This document shows positions 28,334 to 39,273 of a stretch of 61,345 bases of DNA, piece by piece. Below the pieces are notes generated by a model. It was given only the letters and a program-made list of their open reading frames with translations, had not been told where the DNA came from and ran no database searches. The DNA is taken from sequence record DRR378314_471; one strand, 5' to 3'. The first letter of the stretch is position 1. The number at the start of each line of letters is the position of its first letter. A program made the position numbers and the translations under genes.

Positions 28334-29824
28334 ATGGCCATCGCGAAATACACCTGCCTACTGTCAATAATCCTGACAGTTGCAGGATGCTCAAGGCCAA
28401 GCACCCTCCAGGAAATTCGTTCTGAGGGCGTACTGCACGTCATCACCCGGAATGCCCCGTCGGTGTATTTTGAAGGCCGTGACGGCCCCACCGGTTATGA
28501 CTACGAACTGGCACGCCTGTTCGCAGAGGAGCTGGGTGTTGAGCTCAAGGTTCGCGTTGCGAAGGACAATACCAGCGTGCTGTCGATACTCGACCAGAAC
28601 TACGCCCACATAGGCCTGGCCGGGCTTTCTTCCCGCCCCGATTTCCAACAGCGGTATTACAAGGTTGCCAACGGCATCGAAGCAGAATCCGTCGTCGTCT
28701 ATAACCGCGAAGTCGACCGCCCCGAATCTCTGGAAGATCTTGAGGGACAGACGATCCATCTGGTTGCAGACAGCAATCACGAGCATCAACTGGAGCAGTT
28801 CCGCGCCGATAACAGCGGCCTGCAGTGGACCATGCACGCGGGCCTGGACGCGGCTGGCGTCCTTTCACGGGTGGAGTCCGGCGAGTTCCCATTGGCGGTC
28901 GTCTCTTCCAATGAACTGGAACTGAATCATGTGTACTTTCCAATGGTCAAAAGCGCCTTCAGCCTTGGAGAGCCCCAGCCTCTGTTATGGCTCTTCCCCA
29001 ACGAGCAGGATCAGAGCCTGGCAAACGCCGCCAGGAAGTTCGTTCAGAAGCTGCGAGAGAACGACACCCTGGCGCATATCTCCGAGCGTTTTTATGGCCA
29101 CCTGGACCGCCTGGACTATGTCGGCGCGCGGACCTTCGTCCACCACGTGGAAAACCGCCTACCCAAATACGAAAGCCTGTTTCGCGATTATGCCGGCACC
29201 TACAACCTGGATTGGCGGCTGTTGGCGGCCATGGGCTACCAAGAGTCACACTGGCGCCCGAACGCGGTCTCACCAACCGGTGTTCGCGGTTTAATGATGC
29301 TCACTCGGAACACAGCTAGCCACATCGGCATCAACAATCGTCTCGATGCCGAGGAAAGCATCCAGGGGGGCGCGAAGTACTTCACCATCGTGCACAGCCG
29401 GGTTCCTGATCACATCCCCGAGCCGGACCGGACCTGGTTTGCCCTGGCGTCCTATAACGTGGGATGGGGTCACGTGGAGGATGCCCGCAGGCTGACCGAG
29501 GGCGCTGGCAAAAATCCGAACCGCTGGATGGATGTCAAAGAGTTCCTCCCGCTGCTCACCCAGAAAGAATGGTATTCCAAGACCCGATTTGGCTATGCCA
29601 GGGGGCACGAACCGGTGATCTATGTCCAGAACATACGCCGCTATTACGACTTTCTTGCCTGGCTTACGGAGCCCACGGAGGTGGCGGAAACCGAGGAAAA
29701 ACCCTGGTTTAAGGAACTTGAGGGCATGGAGAAAATTGTCGGGCCCGTCGAGGGCAAGAAAGGTAACGGCGACTTCAGGGCGTCGCTGCCAAAGGAACTC
29801 GGTTTCGTTCCACCCACGTTATAG
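28334..29824 (+). CDS. mltF: Membrane-bound lytic murein transglycosylase F
   Basis: Lipobox-like TVAGC, SBP-like N-domain, SLT motifs YQESHW, GVRGLMML and ASYNVG; divergent from purL. Alternative TTG start at 28307. Confidence 0.93.
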   Translation: MAIAKYTCLLSIILTVAGCSRPSTLQEIRSEGVLHVITRNAPSVYFEGRDGPTGYDYELARLFAEELGVELKVRVAKDNTSVLSILDQNYAHIGLAGLSSRPDFQQRYYKVANGIEAESVVVYNREVDRPESLEDLEGQTIHLVADSNHEHQLEQFRADNSGLQWTMHAGLDAAGVLSRVESGEFPLAVVSSNELELNHVYFPMVKSAFSLGEPQPLLWLFPNEQDQSLANAARKFVQKLRENDTLAHISERFYGHLDRLDYVGARTFVHHVENRLPKYESLFRDYAGTYNLDWRLLAAMGYQESHWRPNAVSPTGVRGLMMLTRNTASHIGINNRLDAEESIQGGAKYFTIVHSRVPDHIPEPDRTWFALASYNVGWGHVEDARRLTEGAGKNPNRWMDVKEFLPLLTQKEWYSKTRFGYARGHEPVIYVQNIRRYYDFLAWLTEPTEVAETEEKPWFKELEGMEKIVGPVEGKKGNGDFRASLPKELGFVPPTL

Positions 29825-30286
29825 TCGTTGATCGAGCGCGTTTTCCACCTGCTCAGCCGAAAACCCCCGGCGGGATAGAAAACGGGCCTGGCGCGCTTTC
29901 TCATCCCAATCCTCGCGAATATCGCCCAGCCCAAACCGTTTTTCCCGCAGCAACGTCGCCCTGCCCGACCAATCTGTATCGGTCATTTCCCGAACACAGG
30001 CAGGCGTATCATGGACGCCCCGCTGTTGGAGCTCAGCCTGAATTCTCAGCGGGCCATATCCCAGATCCATTCGTTGACGGGCATAGACCTCCGCAAAACG
30101 CTCGTCACTCAGCCAACCTTCGGTCTCATAGTCGTCGAGAACCTGCTCAATCACCTCTGCGTCGATCTTCCGCTGCCTCAGCTTCAAAGCGAGCTCCAGT
30201 CGGCTATGTTCCCGCCGGGCAAGCAGGCGCAACGCGACTGAGCGGGCCTTGTGGTCCTGATCTTCCGAATTTGATGCTTTTCCCAT
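29819..30286 (-). CDS. recX: Regulatory protein RecX
   Basis: ALRLLARREHSRLEL, WLSDERFAE, GYGPLRIQAELQQRG and FLSRRGF. Confidence 0.92.
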   Translation of the reverse strand: MGKASNSEDQDHKARSVALRLLARREHSRLELALKLRQRKIDAEVIEQVLDDYETEGWLSDERFAEVYARQRMDLGYGPLRIQAELQQRGVHDTPACVREMTDTDWSGRATLLREKRFGLGDIREDWDEKARQARFLSRRGFSAEQVENALDQRL

Positions 30287-30471
30287 TCAGACTCTTCCCG
30301 CAAATACCGACAAAACGCTAGACTAGCCCCCACCTGATACAGCTGACCACGGAATACCGTGGATTGAGCAGCTAACGTACCCGGCACCCGGAATCCCGGA
30401 CAACGCCGATGGCTGGTGCCTGCTTACTTTGCCGGCACCGGGAACTGGTTTCAATATCAAAGGATAACCCC

Positions 30472-32937
30472 ATGGCCGCATTCATCCAGAAACTGTTTGG
30501 ACATCGCAAGGCAACCGCGACCGCCGTCCCCGCTCGCAAGGAAACCTCGCAGGAAGAAATCGAAAAAACAAGCAGACAGGATGACCAGCGCGAGCAACAG
30601 GCGAAAGCGCTGAAAGCCAACCCGACGGACGTCGAACTCGAGGAACTCGCCATTGGCGGAATGACAGCGGGTATCCGCAGTGAAGCCGCGGAAGCACTGA
30701 CTGAAAAGGCCACCCTGCAGCGCGTTCAGAAGCTTGCCAAAGGCAAGGACAAAGGGGTCTATCAAATCGTCCGCCAGAAGTTGCAGCGAATCCGTGACGA
30801 CGAAGATCGGCAACAAAAACTGGCCGAAGCCATTCAAACCATCGTACGTCACGCGGTTGAGCAGGCCCGCAGCGACGACACCAAACTGTTTGAGGCACGG
30901 CTTGATGCACTCCTCCAGAAATGGACGGAGGTGGAAGACCAGGCTTCACCGGACCAGACCACCGAGTTTCTGCAGGCTGTACACCAATGCCGTGAACGCC
31001 TGCGTGAGATGCAGGCCGAGAAAGATCAACTCAAGCACCAGCAGGCGCAACAGGGCCAACGAGAGGAAACGCTGTCTCTCCTGAAAGACACCCTTGAAGA
31101 ACTGAAACGTCAGGATCCGGACCTGGAGCCATCTCTGGCATCCCTGGATGCCTTGCAGAAAACCCAGGAAAACCGTTGGCTGGAGGCCACCCGGGATACC
31201 CTGGTGGAGAAACAGGAACAGAAAACCTACGAAAACCTGATGCAGTCGCTGAGGGCCTATATATCCGCAGTCAAACGTCTGGCGCAGAACCGTGATGACA
31301 TCGCTGCGTTGCAGGCCATCGACGGCGAAAATGCGGATGACACCAAGGCGGCGGGTCAAGCCGAAGCGATACTGGAAGCGGTCGACTGGCCCCGCGATTT
31401 CCGGCGCCCGACGGTGCTGGACGCCCTTCATCGCAGTGCGGGTAAACCCCGCCCCGCAAACAGAGAACAGCCAGACACTGAAGAACAGAAGGCCATGGCG
31501 GAGTCGCTCTGGCAGACGCTGGACAAGCTGGAAACGGCCCTGGAGGCCAAACAGCTGAAGGAGTCGCGTCAGCACTTCAAGGCCGCCCAACAGCTTGCGA
31601 AAGGGCTGGATCATCGCCATGGCAAGGCACTCCAGCCAAGAATGCATCTGCTCGGAGGCCAGCTTCGCGAACTGACAGATTGGCAGGGCTTTGCCACACG
31701 CCCGAAACAGGAGTCGCTGTGCGAACAGATGGAATACCTGGCCAACCAGCCCATGGAGCCAGAGGCGAAAGCCGAGCGCATCAAGGAACTTCAGAACGAA
31801 TGGCGGGACTTGGGTGGCTCATCGGATCGTGACCTCTGGTCACGCTTCAAGAAGGCTTCAGACCAGGCCTATGAGCCCTGCAAAGCCTATTTTTCCGCCA
31901 AGTCCGGCCTGAAACAGGCAAACCTGGAGACGCGCAAGACGATTTGCGATCAGTTGGGTACATTCCTCGACAACGCCGACTGGAATAACATTGACTGGAA
32001 AGCGGCCGAACGCATCCACCAAACCGCACGCGAAGAGTGGAAAGCGGCCTGGCCCGTGGAATTTCGCGACAACCGCCCGGTTCAGAAGCGATTCGACGAT
32101 TTGCTGAAACAGCTCGAGGCTCCACTGGACACCGAGCGCAAGAAAAACGAAGCCCTTAAACAGGGCATCGTTGAGCGAGCGGAAGCACTGATTGATCACG
32201 AGCCTCTGAGCGATGCCATGAACCAGGCGAAAGCCCTGCAAACGGAGTGGACCAGCATTGGCATTACCCGTCACCGCGAAGACAGAAAGCTGTGGCAGGC
32301 GTTTCGCAAAGCCTGCGACCAGATCTTCGCACGGCGGGATGCTCGCAAGAATGAGCAGGAGCAGCTTGCCCGCGAGGCGGATGAGAAGGCCGAGCCAATA
32401 CTGTCCGCCAGCCAATCAACCGGCGCCGACAGTGCCCTGGAAGCACTCAGGGACACATTGGACGCACTTGATTCACTCAGGGACCAGCCCCTGTCCGCAA
32501 GCAGCCGGGAGCAAGTCAGCCGTGAGCGCAGCCGGCTTTCAGGATTGGTTTCGAATCGGCAACTGCAGGAACAGATCGATACCTGGAAAGACTGGGTCCA
32601 TGCCCGCCCCCACGCATTGGACAGCAGCACACTGCCTGATCACTGGTCCGCACTGGCTGCCGATGTGGGACAGATTGATCCGGTAGAACTGGTTATTCGA
32701 GCGGAAATATTGGCGGAGGTGCCGTCGCCGGCTGACGACCAGGGCCGCCGGATGGAAATCCAGGTTCAGCGACTCGCCGAAGGCATGGGTAACGCCTCAT
32801 CGAACCACGATAAGTCACGGCAACTGGAGATGCTGGTCGCCAACTGGTGCGTGGTGCAACCAGGGGAAGCGGTGACTGAGCCGCTGGCCGAGAGACTGGG
32901 CCGGGCTCTTGAAGCGATCCTGGGACGCGCGCATTAG
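30472..32937 (+). CDS. DUF349 domain-containing coiled-coil protein
   Basis: Repeated K..LCE...LQ.EW..IG...LW..F..ACD helical units; start MAAFIQKLF after an AAGGA SD. Confidence 0.75.
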   Translation: MAAFIQKLFGHRKATATAVPARKETSQEEIEKTSRQDDQREQQAKALKANPTDVELEELAIGGMTAGIRSEAAEALTEKATLQRVQKLAKGKDKGVYQIVRQKLQRIRDDEDRQQKLAEAIQTIVRHAVEQARSDDTKLFEARLDALLQKWTEVEDQASPDQTTEFLQAVHQCRERLREMQAEKDQLKHQQAQQGQREETLSLLKDTLEELKRQDPDLEPSLASLDALQKTQENRWLEATRDTLVEKQEQKTYENLMQSLRAYISAVKRLAQNRDDIAALQAIDGENADDTKAAGQAEAILEAVDWPRDFRRPTVLDALHRSAGKPRPANREQPDTEEQKAMAESLWQTLDKLETALEAKQLKESRQHFKAAQQLAKGLDHRHGKALQPRMHLLGGQLRELTDWQGFATRPKQESLCEQMEYLANQPMEPEAKAERIKELQNEWRDLGGSSDRDLWSRFKKASDQAYEPCKAYFSAKSGLKQANLETRKTICDQLGTFLDNADWNNIDWKAAERIHQTAREEWKAAWPVEFRDNRPVQKRFDDLLKQLEAPLDTERKKNEALKQGIVERAEALIDHEPLSDAMNQAKALQTEWTSIGITRHREDRKLWQAFRKACDQIFARRDARKNEQEQLAREADEKAEPILSASQSTGADSALEALRDTLDALDSLRDQPLSASSREQVSRERSRLSGLVSNRQLQEQIDTWKDWVHARPHALDSSTLPDHWSALAADVGQIDPVELVIRAEILAEVPSPADDQGRRMEIQVQRLAEGMGNASSNHDKSRQLEMLVANWCVVQPGEAVTEPLAERLGRALEAILGRAH

Positions 32938-32940
32938 GCG

Positions 32941-33000
32941 TCCCGTAGATGGCCTTTCGTTCTCGCTGATGGCTTTCTATTCTCGCTGATGGCTCTTCAC
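32941..33000. repeat. Short tandem repeat with 20-bp period at the 3' end of the ComFB gene
   Basis: TTCTCGCTGATGGCT exact at 32960-74 and 32980-94; degenerate copy at 32941-54. Confidence 0.6.
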
Positions 33001-33240
33001 GAACGCCCTGGCCTCCCGAACGGCGGCCAGGGACTGAGTCTTCATGGTTTCGAGCTCACCGTCGGCAAGGTAGAACATCATGTCGATGCTGTGCCGATAG
33101 TATTTGGCCGGTAGCCGATTAAGGGCCACACACATCACATCGGTCAGGTAATCCTGGCTATCACCATCCTCTTTCGTTTCATCAATGGCTTCCACAACCA
33201 GCGGTTCGTAAAAATTGTCGATGGCATCTCTCAGGGACAT
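32977..33240 (-). CDS. Late competence development ComFB family protein
   Basis: NFYEPLV, DVMCVALNRLPAKY and AVREA...VKSH. Confidence 0.82.
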   Translation of the reverse strand: MSLRDAIDNFYEPLVVEAIDETKEDGDSQDYLTDVMCVALNRLPAKYYRHSIDMMFYLADGELETMKTQSLAAVREARAFVKSHQRE

Positions 33241-33428
33241 CGTTTTGCTCCTGCTTGTGATGGGTACCTGTCTACACCATAGAACCCCCGCCCAAAAATG
33301 TCATGACCGGAATGAGCAGTTTCGCCAATTCGATTGGCATCGCGCGTCATTACAAACCCGGCTACCAAACCGCTATGGTTACCCTTTGCAAAGCTATTCC
33401 CGAGTCAACGACAAACAGAGGACAGGAA

Positions 33429-34637
33429 ATGACCACCGAAGCCTATATCTTCGATGCGGTTCGCACGCCCCGGGGGCGCGGCAAGAAAGACGGTTCCCTG
33501 CACAGCGTTAAACCCATCACGCTGCTGACCACCGTTCTCAAGGCGCTCCAGGAGCGAAACAGCCTGGACACCGCCCAGGTGGACGACATCGTTATGGGCT
33601 GCGTGACCGCCGTTGGCGACCAGGGCGCAGATATTGCCAAAACCGCGGCCCTGGCGGCGGACTGGGACGAAGTCGTGGCCGGTGTCACCCTGAACCGCTT
33701 CTGCGCGTCCGGCCTTGAGGCCGTCAACCTGGCGGCGATGAAAGTGCGATCGGGCTGGGAGGATCTGGTGGTTGCTGGCGGCGTTGAAGGCATGTCCCGT
33801 GTCCCCATGGGTTCCGACGGCGGCGCCTGGGCTACTGACCCGGCAACCAACCTGCATACCGGCTTCATGCCCCAGGGCATCGGTGCCGACCTGATCGCCA
33901 CCCTGGAAGGTTTCAGCCGCGAGGACGTGGACGGATTTGCCGTGAAATCTCAACAAAAGGCCGCCAATGCCTGGGAAAAGGGCTATTTTTCGAAATCCAT
34001 CGTTCCGGTTACCGATCAGAATGGTGTGATGATCCTTGACCGCGATGAACACGTTCGTGGCAATACCACGGTGGAATCCCTGTCCAGTCTCAAGCCCTCA
34101 TTCCAGATGATGGGTGAAATGGGCTTCGACGGCGTCGCCCGCGAAAAATACCACTACGTTGAGACGATCAATCACGTACACCACGCCGGCAACTCATCCG
34201 GCATCGTGGATGGTGCTACGGCGCTCCTCATTGGCAGCGAAGCCAAGGGCAAGGCTATGGGGCTCAAACCACGCGCGCGCATCCTGGCCACGGCGGTCAC
34301 CAGCACTGACCCCACCATTATGCTCACCGGCCCTGCCCCAGCGGCCCGCAAAGCATTGGAAAAAGCCGGAATGACGGCGGATCAGATCGACCTGTTTGAA
34401 GTGAATGAGGCCTTTGCCTCGGTAGTGATGCGCTTCCAGAAGGAATTGTCGGTTCCGGACGAAAAAGTGAACGTGAACGGCGGCGCCATCGCTATGGGCC
34501 ACCCCCTCGGTGCCACCGGCGCCATGATCCTGGGCACCCTGCTCGACGAACTGGAGCGGAGAGAACTGCGCTACGGCCTGGCCACCCTGTGTGTGGGTGG
34601 CGGAATGGGCATTGCCACCATCATTGAGCGCGTCTGA
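33429..34637 (+). CDS. fadA: Acetyl-CoA C-acyltransferase (thiolase)
   Basis: [30 protein letters not shown] and LCVGGGMG. Confidence 0.9.
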   Translation: MTTEAYIFDAVRTPRGRGKKDGSLHSVKPITLLTTVLKALQERNSLDTAQVDDIVMGCVTAVGDQGADIAKTAALAADWDEVVAGVTLNRFCASGLEAVNLAAMKVRSGWEDLVVAGGVEGMSRVPMGSDGGAWATDPATNLHTGFMPQGIGADLIATLEGFSREDVDGFAVKSQQKAANAWEKGYFSKSIVPVTDQNGVMILDRDEHVRGNTTVESLSSLKPSFQMMGEMGFDGVAREKYHYVETINHVHHAGNSSGIVDGATALLIGSEAKGKAMGLKPRARILATAVTSTDPTIMLTGPAPAARKALEKAGMTADQIDLFEVNEAFASVVMRFQKELSVPDEKVNVNGGAIAMGHPLGATGAMILGTLLDELERRELRYGLATLCVGGGMGIATIIERV

Positions 34638-34669
34638 GCCGACGACTGATTCTGAGAGGAGAACCGAAT

Positions 34670-36820
34670 ATGAGCGCCATTCACTACAACCTGGGTTCGG
34701 ACCAGATTCTGACCCTGACCATCGATATGCCTGGCCAGTCCGCCAACACCATGAACGCTGATTTCCGAGCGGCACTGACGGAGACAGTGGGCAAGGTTAA
34801 AAGCGATCTCGACAGTATCCGAGGCATTATTGTCACCTCCGCCAAGAAGACCTTCTTTGCCGGCGGTGATCTCAAAGAACTGTACAAGGTAACCCGGGAA
34901 GACGCCGGTGACTTTGAAGACATGGTCAACGGCCTGAAAGCTGAGATGCGCGCCCTGGAAACCTGCGGCAAGCCCATCGTGGCAGCGATCAATGGCTCGG
35001 CCCTGGGCGGCGGCCTGGAAATCGGCCTGGCATGCCATCACCGCGTGGTGATGGATGACGACAAGATTCAGCTTGGCCTGCCGGAAGTCACCCTCGGGCT
35101 GCTGCCCGGCGGGGGTGGCACTCAGCGCCTGCCCCGCATGATCGGCCTGGAAGCGGCGTTCCCGTACCTGATGGAAGGCAAGAAGGTAAACCCGAAAGCG
35201 GCACTCAAGGCCGGCATTGTTGATGAGCTGGCTTCGTCCAACGACGACATGATGGCCAAAGCTCGGGCCTTTATCGACGCCAACCCGAAGAGCCAGCAAC
35301 CGTGGGACCAGAAAGGGTTCAAAATTCCCGGCGGAGCGCCCCACCACCCCGCCATGGCCCAGAAGCTGGCCATTGCGCCGGCAATGCTGAAACAGAAAAC
35401 CAAGGGCTGCTACCCGGCCCCTGAGCGAATTCTGTCAGCCGCCGTGGAAGGCGCCCAGGTCGACTTCGACAACGGCAGTCTGATTGAAACCCGGTACTTC
35501 GCTGAGCTGGTTATTGGTCAGGTCGCCAAGAATATGACAGGCACCTTCTGGTTCCAGCTCAACGCCGTCAACGCAGGAGAAAGCCGACCCGCAGGCGTGG
35601 AGAAAGAGACCTTCCGCAAGGTGGGCGTCCTTGGAGCCGGCATGATGGGCGCGGGCATCGCCTACTCCACAGCAACCCGCGGCCTGGAAGTGATTCTCAA
35701 GGATGTATCCACTGAAAATGCCGAAAAGGGCAAGGCGTATTCCGAGAAACTGCTGGCAAAAAAGGTCAGCCGCGGGCGCATGACGGAAACACAGAAAGCT
35801 GAGGTACTGAACCGCATTACGGCCACCGGTTCCGCCGACGACCTTGAAGGCTGCGACCTGGTCATTGAAGCCGTCTTTGAAGACAGCAACCTGAAGGCAA
35901 CAGTGACCGAGGAAGCAGAAGCAAAACTCGTCGAGAACGGCCTCTTTGCCTCCAACACCTCTACCATTCCCATTACCCAGCTCGCCAAAGCCTCGGCACG
36001 GCCCGATAAGTTTATCGGGCTACACTTCTTTTCGCCGGTGGACAAAATGCAGTTGGTGGAAATCATCGTGGGCGAGAAAACGTCTGATGACACCCTGGCC
36101 CGCGCCTTTGACTACGTCCAGCAGATCGGCAAGATCCCGATTGTGGTCAATGACAGTCGTGGGTTCTTTACGTCCCGCGTGTTTGGCACGTTCGTCAACG
36201 AAGGCATTGCCATGCTGGGTGAAGGCGTCCATCCGTCCAGCATCGAAAATGCAGGTGTACTGGCCGGCATGCCGGTCGGCCCGCTGGCCATTTCTGATGA
36301 AGTCAGCATGACGCTTATGCAACATATCCGCGACCAGAGCAGAAAGGACACGGAAGCGGCCGGTCAAACCTGGAATGCGCACCCGGCAGAAGCCGTGATC
36401 GATCAGATGGTCGGCAGCCACGGCCGCAAGGGCAAGGCGGCCGGGGCCGGATTCTACGAGTATCCGACGTCCGGGAAGAAGCACCTATGGCCAGAACTGG
36501 ACACACTGTTTGTAGACCAGAAAAAAGCCCGAACCACGGACCTTCAGGAACTCAAGGACCGCATCCTGTTTATCCAGGCCATTGAGACCGTCCGCTGCCT
36601 GGAAGAAGGTGTGCTCCGGACGATCGAAGACGCCAATATCGGCAGCATTTTCGGTATCGGCTTCGCCCCCTGGACCGGCGGTGCCATCCAGTTCATTAAC
36701 CAGTACGGTGTGAGGGCCTTCGCAGAACGCGCAAAAACCCTGTCTGAGCGCTTTGGCGAGCGATTCAACCCGCCCCGTCTGTTGTTGGAAAAAGCGGAAA
36801 CCAACACCCGCTTCGAGTAA
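34670..36820 (+). CDS. fadB: Fatty-acid oxidation multifunctional enzyme (enoyl-CoA hydratase / 3-hydroxyacyl-CoA dehydrogenase)
   Basis: FFAGGDL, ALGGGLE, GLPEV, GAGMMGAG, SNTST and HFFSPV. Confidence 0.9.
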   Translation: MSAIHYNLGSDQILTLTIDMPGQSANTMNADFRAALTETVGKVKSDLDSIRGIIVTSAKKTFFAGGDLKELYKVTREDAGDFEDMVNGLKAEMRALETCGKPIVAAINGSALGGGLEIGLACHHRVVMDDDKIQLGLPEVTLGLLPGGGGTQRLPRMIGLEAAFPYLMEGKKVNPKAALKAGIVDELASSNDDMMAKARAFIDANPKSQQPWDQKGFKIPGGAPHHPAMAQKLAIAPAMLKQKTKGCYPAPERILSAAVEGAQVDFDNGSLIETRYFAELVIGQVAKNMTGTFWFQLNAVNAGESRPAGVEKETFRKVGVLGAGMMGAGIAYSTATRGLEVILKDVSTENAEKGKAYSEKLLAKKVSRGRMTETQKAEVLNRITATGSADDLEGCDLVIEAVFEDSNLKATVTEEAEAKLVENGLFASNTSTIPITQLAKASARPDKFIGLHFFSPVDKMQLVEIIVGEKTSDDTLARAFDYVQQIGKIPIVVNDSRGFFTSRVFGTFVNEGIAMLGEGVHPSSIENAGVLAGMPVGPLAISDEVSMTLMQHIRDQSRKDTEAAGQTWNAHPAEAVIDQMVGSHGRKGKAAGAGFYEYPTSGKKHLWPELDTLFVDQKKARTTDLQELKDRILFIQAIETVRCLEEGVLRTIEDANIGSIFGIGFAPWTGGAIQFINQYGVRAFAERAKTLSERFGERFNPPRLLLEKAETNTRFE

Positions 36821-36828
36821 CCACCCCA

Positions 36829-36865
36829 TCCTTGCCGGAGCGGCCTTGGCGCACTCCGGCAAGGA
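36829..36865. other. Strong GC hairpin after fadB (terminator-like or stability element; no U-tract)
   Basis: TCCTTGCCGGAG...CTCCGGCAAGGA, a perfect 12-bp stem. Confidence 0.55.
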
Positions 36866-37098
36866 GCCTCTCCGGCCCGCAAGACGCACAAGCGCTCACA
36901 TACCTGACGAGTTCATGGACAGATTGTCACGTATCGAAACTTCCCCGCTATGGCAACCGGTTCTGTGCTTGCCTACAATAAAACCATGAGCCAATCCGGC
37001 GATACCCGAGAAGCGTTTGATAAACCGTCAGCGGCCGCTCATCAGGGGTTCCTCTCCGAAGCGCCCGGTATCGTCCACACCGTCAGGTAACAAAGCTT

Positions 37099-39273
37099 AT
37101 GAGCATCGCGGAACGATTTGTCACCCGTTACAGCACAACCTTGGGTAAAGGCGTGCCCGGCAGGAAGACCTTTGCCCTGGCCCTCACGCTCGCACTTGCT
37201 GTGCCTGTATCGGCGAAGCTGGACACCGACAAGGTCTACCAGCCGGTGGCCCCAACGGTGGAGCAGGCCCGCGCCAACATACTGATTGCCCGCCAGCTGC
37301 AATTCACCCACTTCCGCGACATGAGCATCAATGACTCACTGTCCGGCGATGTGTTTGATGCCTACCTCGACTACCTGGATGGTCAGCGCGTTTACCTGAC
37401 GCAGAAAGACATCGACAAGTTCAGTGCCATTCGGCTGGGGCTTGGCTCGGCGCTCAAAACCGGCCAACTGCAACCGGGTTTCGATATCTACAACCTTGTT
37501 CAGCAACGCATCATTGAGCGTCTCGAGTTCGCTCTCGACCTGATTGACAATGGTCTCGACAAGCTCGACTTCAGTGCTGACGAGCGTATTCTGTTGGACC
37601 GGTCCGACGCGGCCTGGGTCGCGGACAGGGAAGCATTGGACGATCTTTGGGTAAAGCGGATAAAGAACGCAGTCCTCGCCCAGCGTCTTAACGACTCCGA
37701 TGACGAATCCATCAAGGAAGCTTTGCGCCGGCGCTATGAAGGCCAGTTGAAGCGTGCCTACCAGGCTCGCAGCGAGGACGCCTTCCAGGCTTATATGAAC
37801 GCCTTTGCGGGCATGTGGGACCCACATACCTCCTACTTCTCGCCGCGCACGTCCGAAAACTTCAACATCAATATGAGCCTTTCCCTCGAGGGCATCGGCG
37901 CGGTACTTCAATCCGACAACGAATACACCAAGGTGGTTCGTCTGGTGCCGGGTGGCCCCGCTTCAAAGCAGGGCCAGCTCGAACCGGCAGACCGCATCGT
38001 ATCTGTTAAACAGGAAGACGAGGAGAAGCCCGTCAACGTTATTGGCTGGCGCCTCGACGAAGTGGTGGACCTGATTCGTGGTCCGCGCGAGTCCACCGTG
38101 ACACTGGAAGTGATTCCCGCCGACGCGCCGGATGAGACTGTGACCGAAACCATCGCCATCGAGCGCGACAAGGTGAAGCTGGAGGAACAGAGTGCCAACA
38201 AGGAAGTCATTGAGTTCGAACGTGGCAACACCACGTACAGCATCGGCGTCATTAACATTCCGACCTTCTACGCCGACTTCAAGGCCATGCAGGAAGGTGA
38301 CCCCAATTACAAGAGCACCACGCGGGACGTTCGCAAACTGATTGACGAGCTTAAGGCAGACGGCGTGGACGGCGTGGTGATGGATCTCCGTAACAATGGC
38401 GGTGGAGCGCTCCATGAGGCCAACGACCTGGTCGGACTTTTCATCGAAGAAGGCCCCACGGTGCAGATTCGCAACTCCAACAACGATGTCCAGGTGCTCA
38501 ACGACGAAGATCCGTCTGTCGCCTACGACGGCCCCCTCGTTGTGCTGGTCAACCGGATGAGCGCCTCGGCATCGGAGATTTTTGCAGGCGCCATCCAGGA
38601 TTATGGCCGCGGCCTTGTGGTTGGCTCGCAAACGTTTGGTAAGGGCACCGTGCAGGCTGTTCGCCCGCTCAATCATGGCCAGCTTAAAATCACACAGAGC
38701 AAGTTCTACCGGGTGTCCGGTGGTTCAACCCAGCATAAAGGCGTGATTCCGGATATCGAAATCCCGTCCCGGGTGGACAAAACCCGTATCGGCGAAGATG
38801 CACTGGACCATGCCCTGCCCTGGGACCAGATTGAAGCAGTACCCCATGCCCGATACTTCGACTTCAGCGGCATTATCGATGAATTGAGAAAGCGCCACGA
38901 TACGCGTTTTGACGAAAACCCGGAATTCAGCCTGCTGCAAAAGGAAATCGAATTCCTGAAACAACAGCGTGAGCAGGAATACGTCAGCCTGAATCTGGAG
39001 AAGCGCAAGGAACATCAGGCTCGGATCGAGAACACCCGGCTATCTATCGCCAACGCGCGCCGTGAGATACGTGGCGAAGAGGCGTTCGAAAGTCTGGATG
39101 AACTGGACGATTGGCAGGATCAGCAAGCAGCGGAACCCGAGAGCGCTGATGACGAACTGGACTTCATCATCCGGGAAGGCGGCAGCATTATGGCAGACAT
39201 GCTCGAGCTGGATCAGCGCATGGCATCCATACTGAACCCGAAGCAGATTACCGCCCAGGCGCAAACCCGCTAA
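37099..39273 (+). CDS. prc: Carboxy-terminal processing protease (Prc/Tsp)
   Basis: DPHTSY, LSLEGIGAVL, PDZ domain, DLRNNGGG, SASASEI and TFGKGTVQ. Confidence 0.93.
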   Translation: MSIAERFVTRYSTTLGKGVPGRKTFALALTLALAVPVSAKLDTDKVYQPVAPTVEQARANILIARQLQFTHFRDMSINDSLSGDVFDAYLDYLDGQRVYLTQKDIDKFSAIRLGLGSALKTGQLQPGFDIYNLVQQRIIERLEFALDLIDNGLDKLDFSADERILLDRSDAAWVADREALDDLWVKRIKNAVLAQRLNDSDDESIKEALRRRYEGQLKRAYQARSEDAFQAYMNAFAGMWDPHTSYFSPRTSENFNINMSLSLEGIGAVLQSDNEYTKVVRLVPGGPASKQGQLEPADRIVSVKQEDEEKPVNVIGWRLDEVVDLIRGPRESTVTLEVIPADAPDETVTETIAIERDKVKLEEQSANKEVIEFERGNTTYSIGVINIPTFYADFKAMQEGDPNYKSTTRDVRKLIDELKADGVDGVVMDLRNNGGGALHEANDLVGLFIEEGPTVQIRNSNNDVQVLNDEDPSVAYDGPLVVLVNRMSASASEIFAGAIQDYGRGLVVGSQTFGKGTVQAVRPLNHGQLKITQSKFYRVSGGSTQHKGVIPDIEIPSRVDKTRIGEDALDHALPWDQIEAVPHARYFDFSGIIDELRKRHDTRFDENPEFSLLQKEIEFLKQQREQEYVSLNLEKRKEHQARIENTRLSIANARREIRGEEAFESLDELDDWQDQQAAEPESADDELDFIIREGGSIMADMLELDQRMASILNPKQITAQAQTR

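Noticed and set aside
32941-33000. CRISPR-like array
   Set aside because: Only two exact 15-bp copies with 5-nt gaps and no cas genes.
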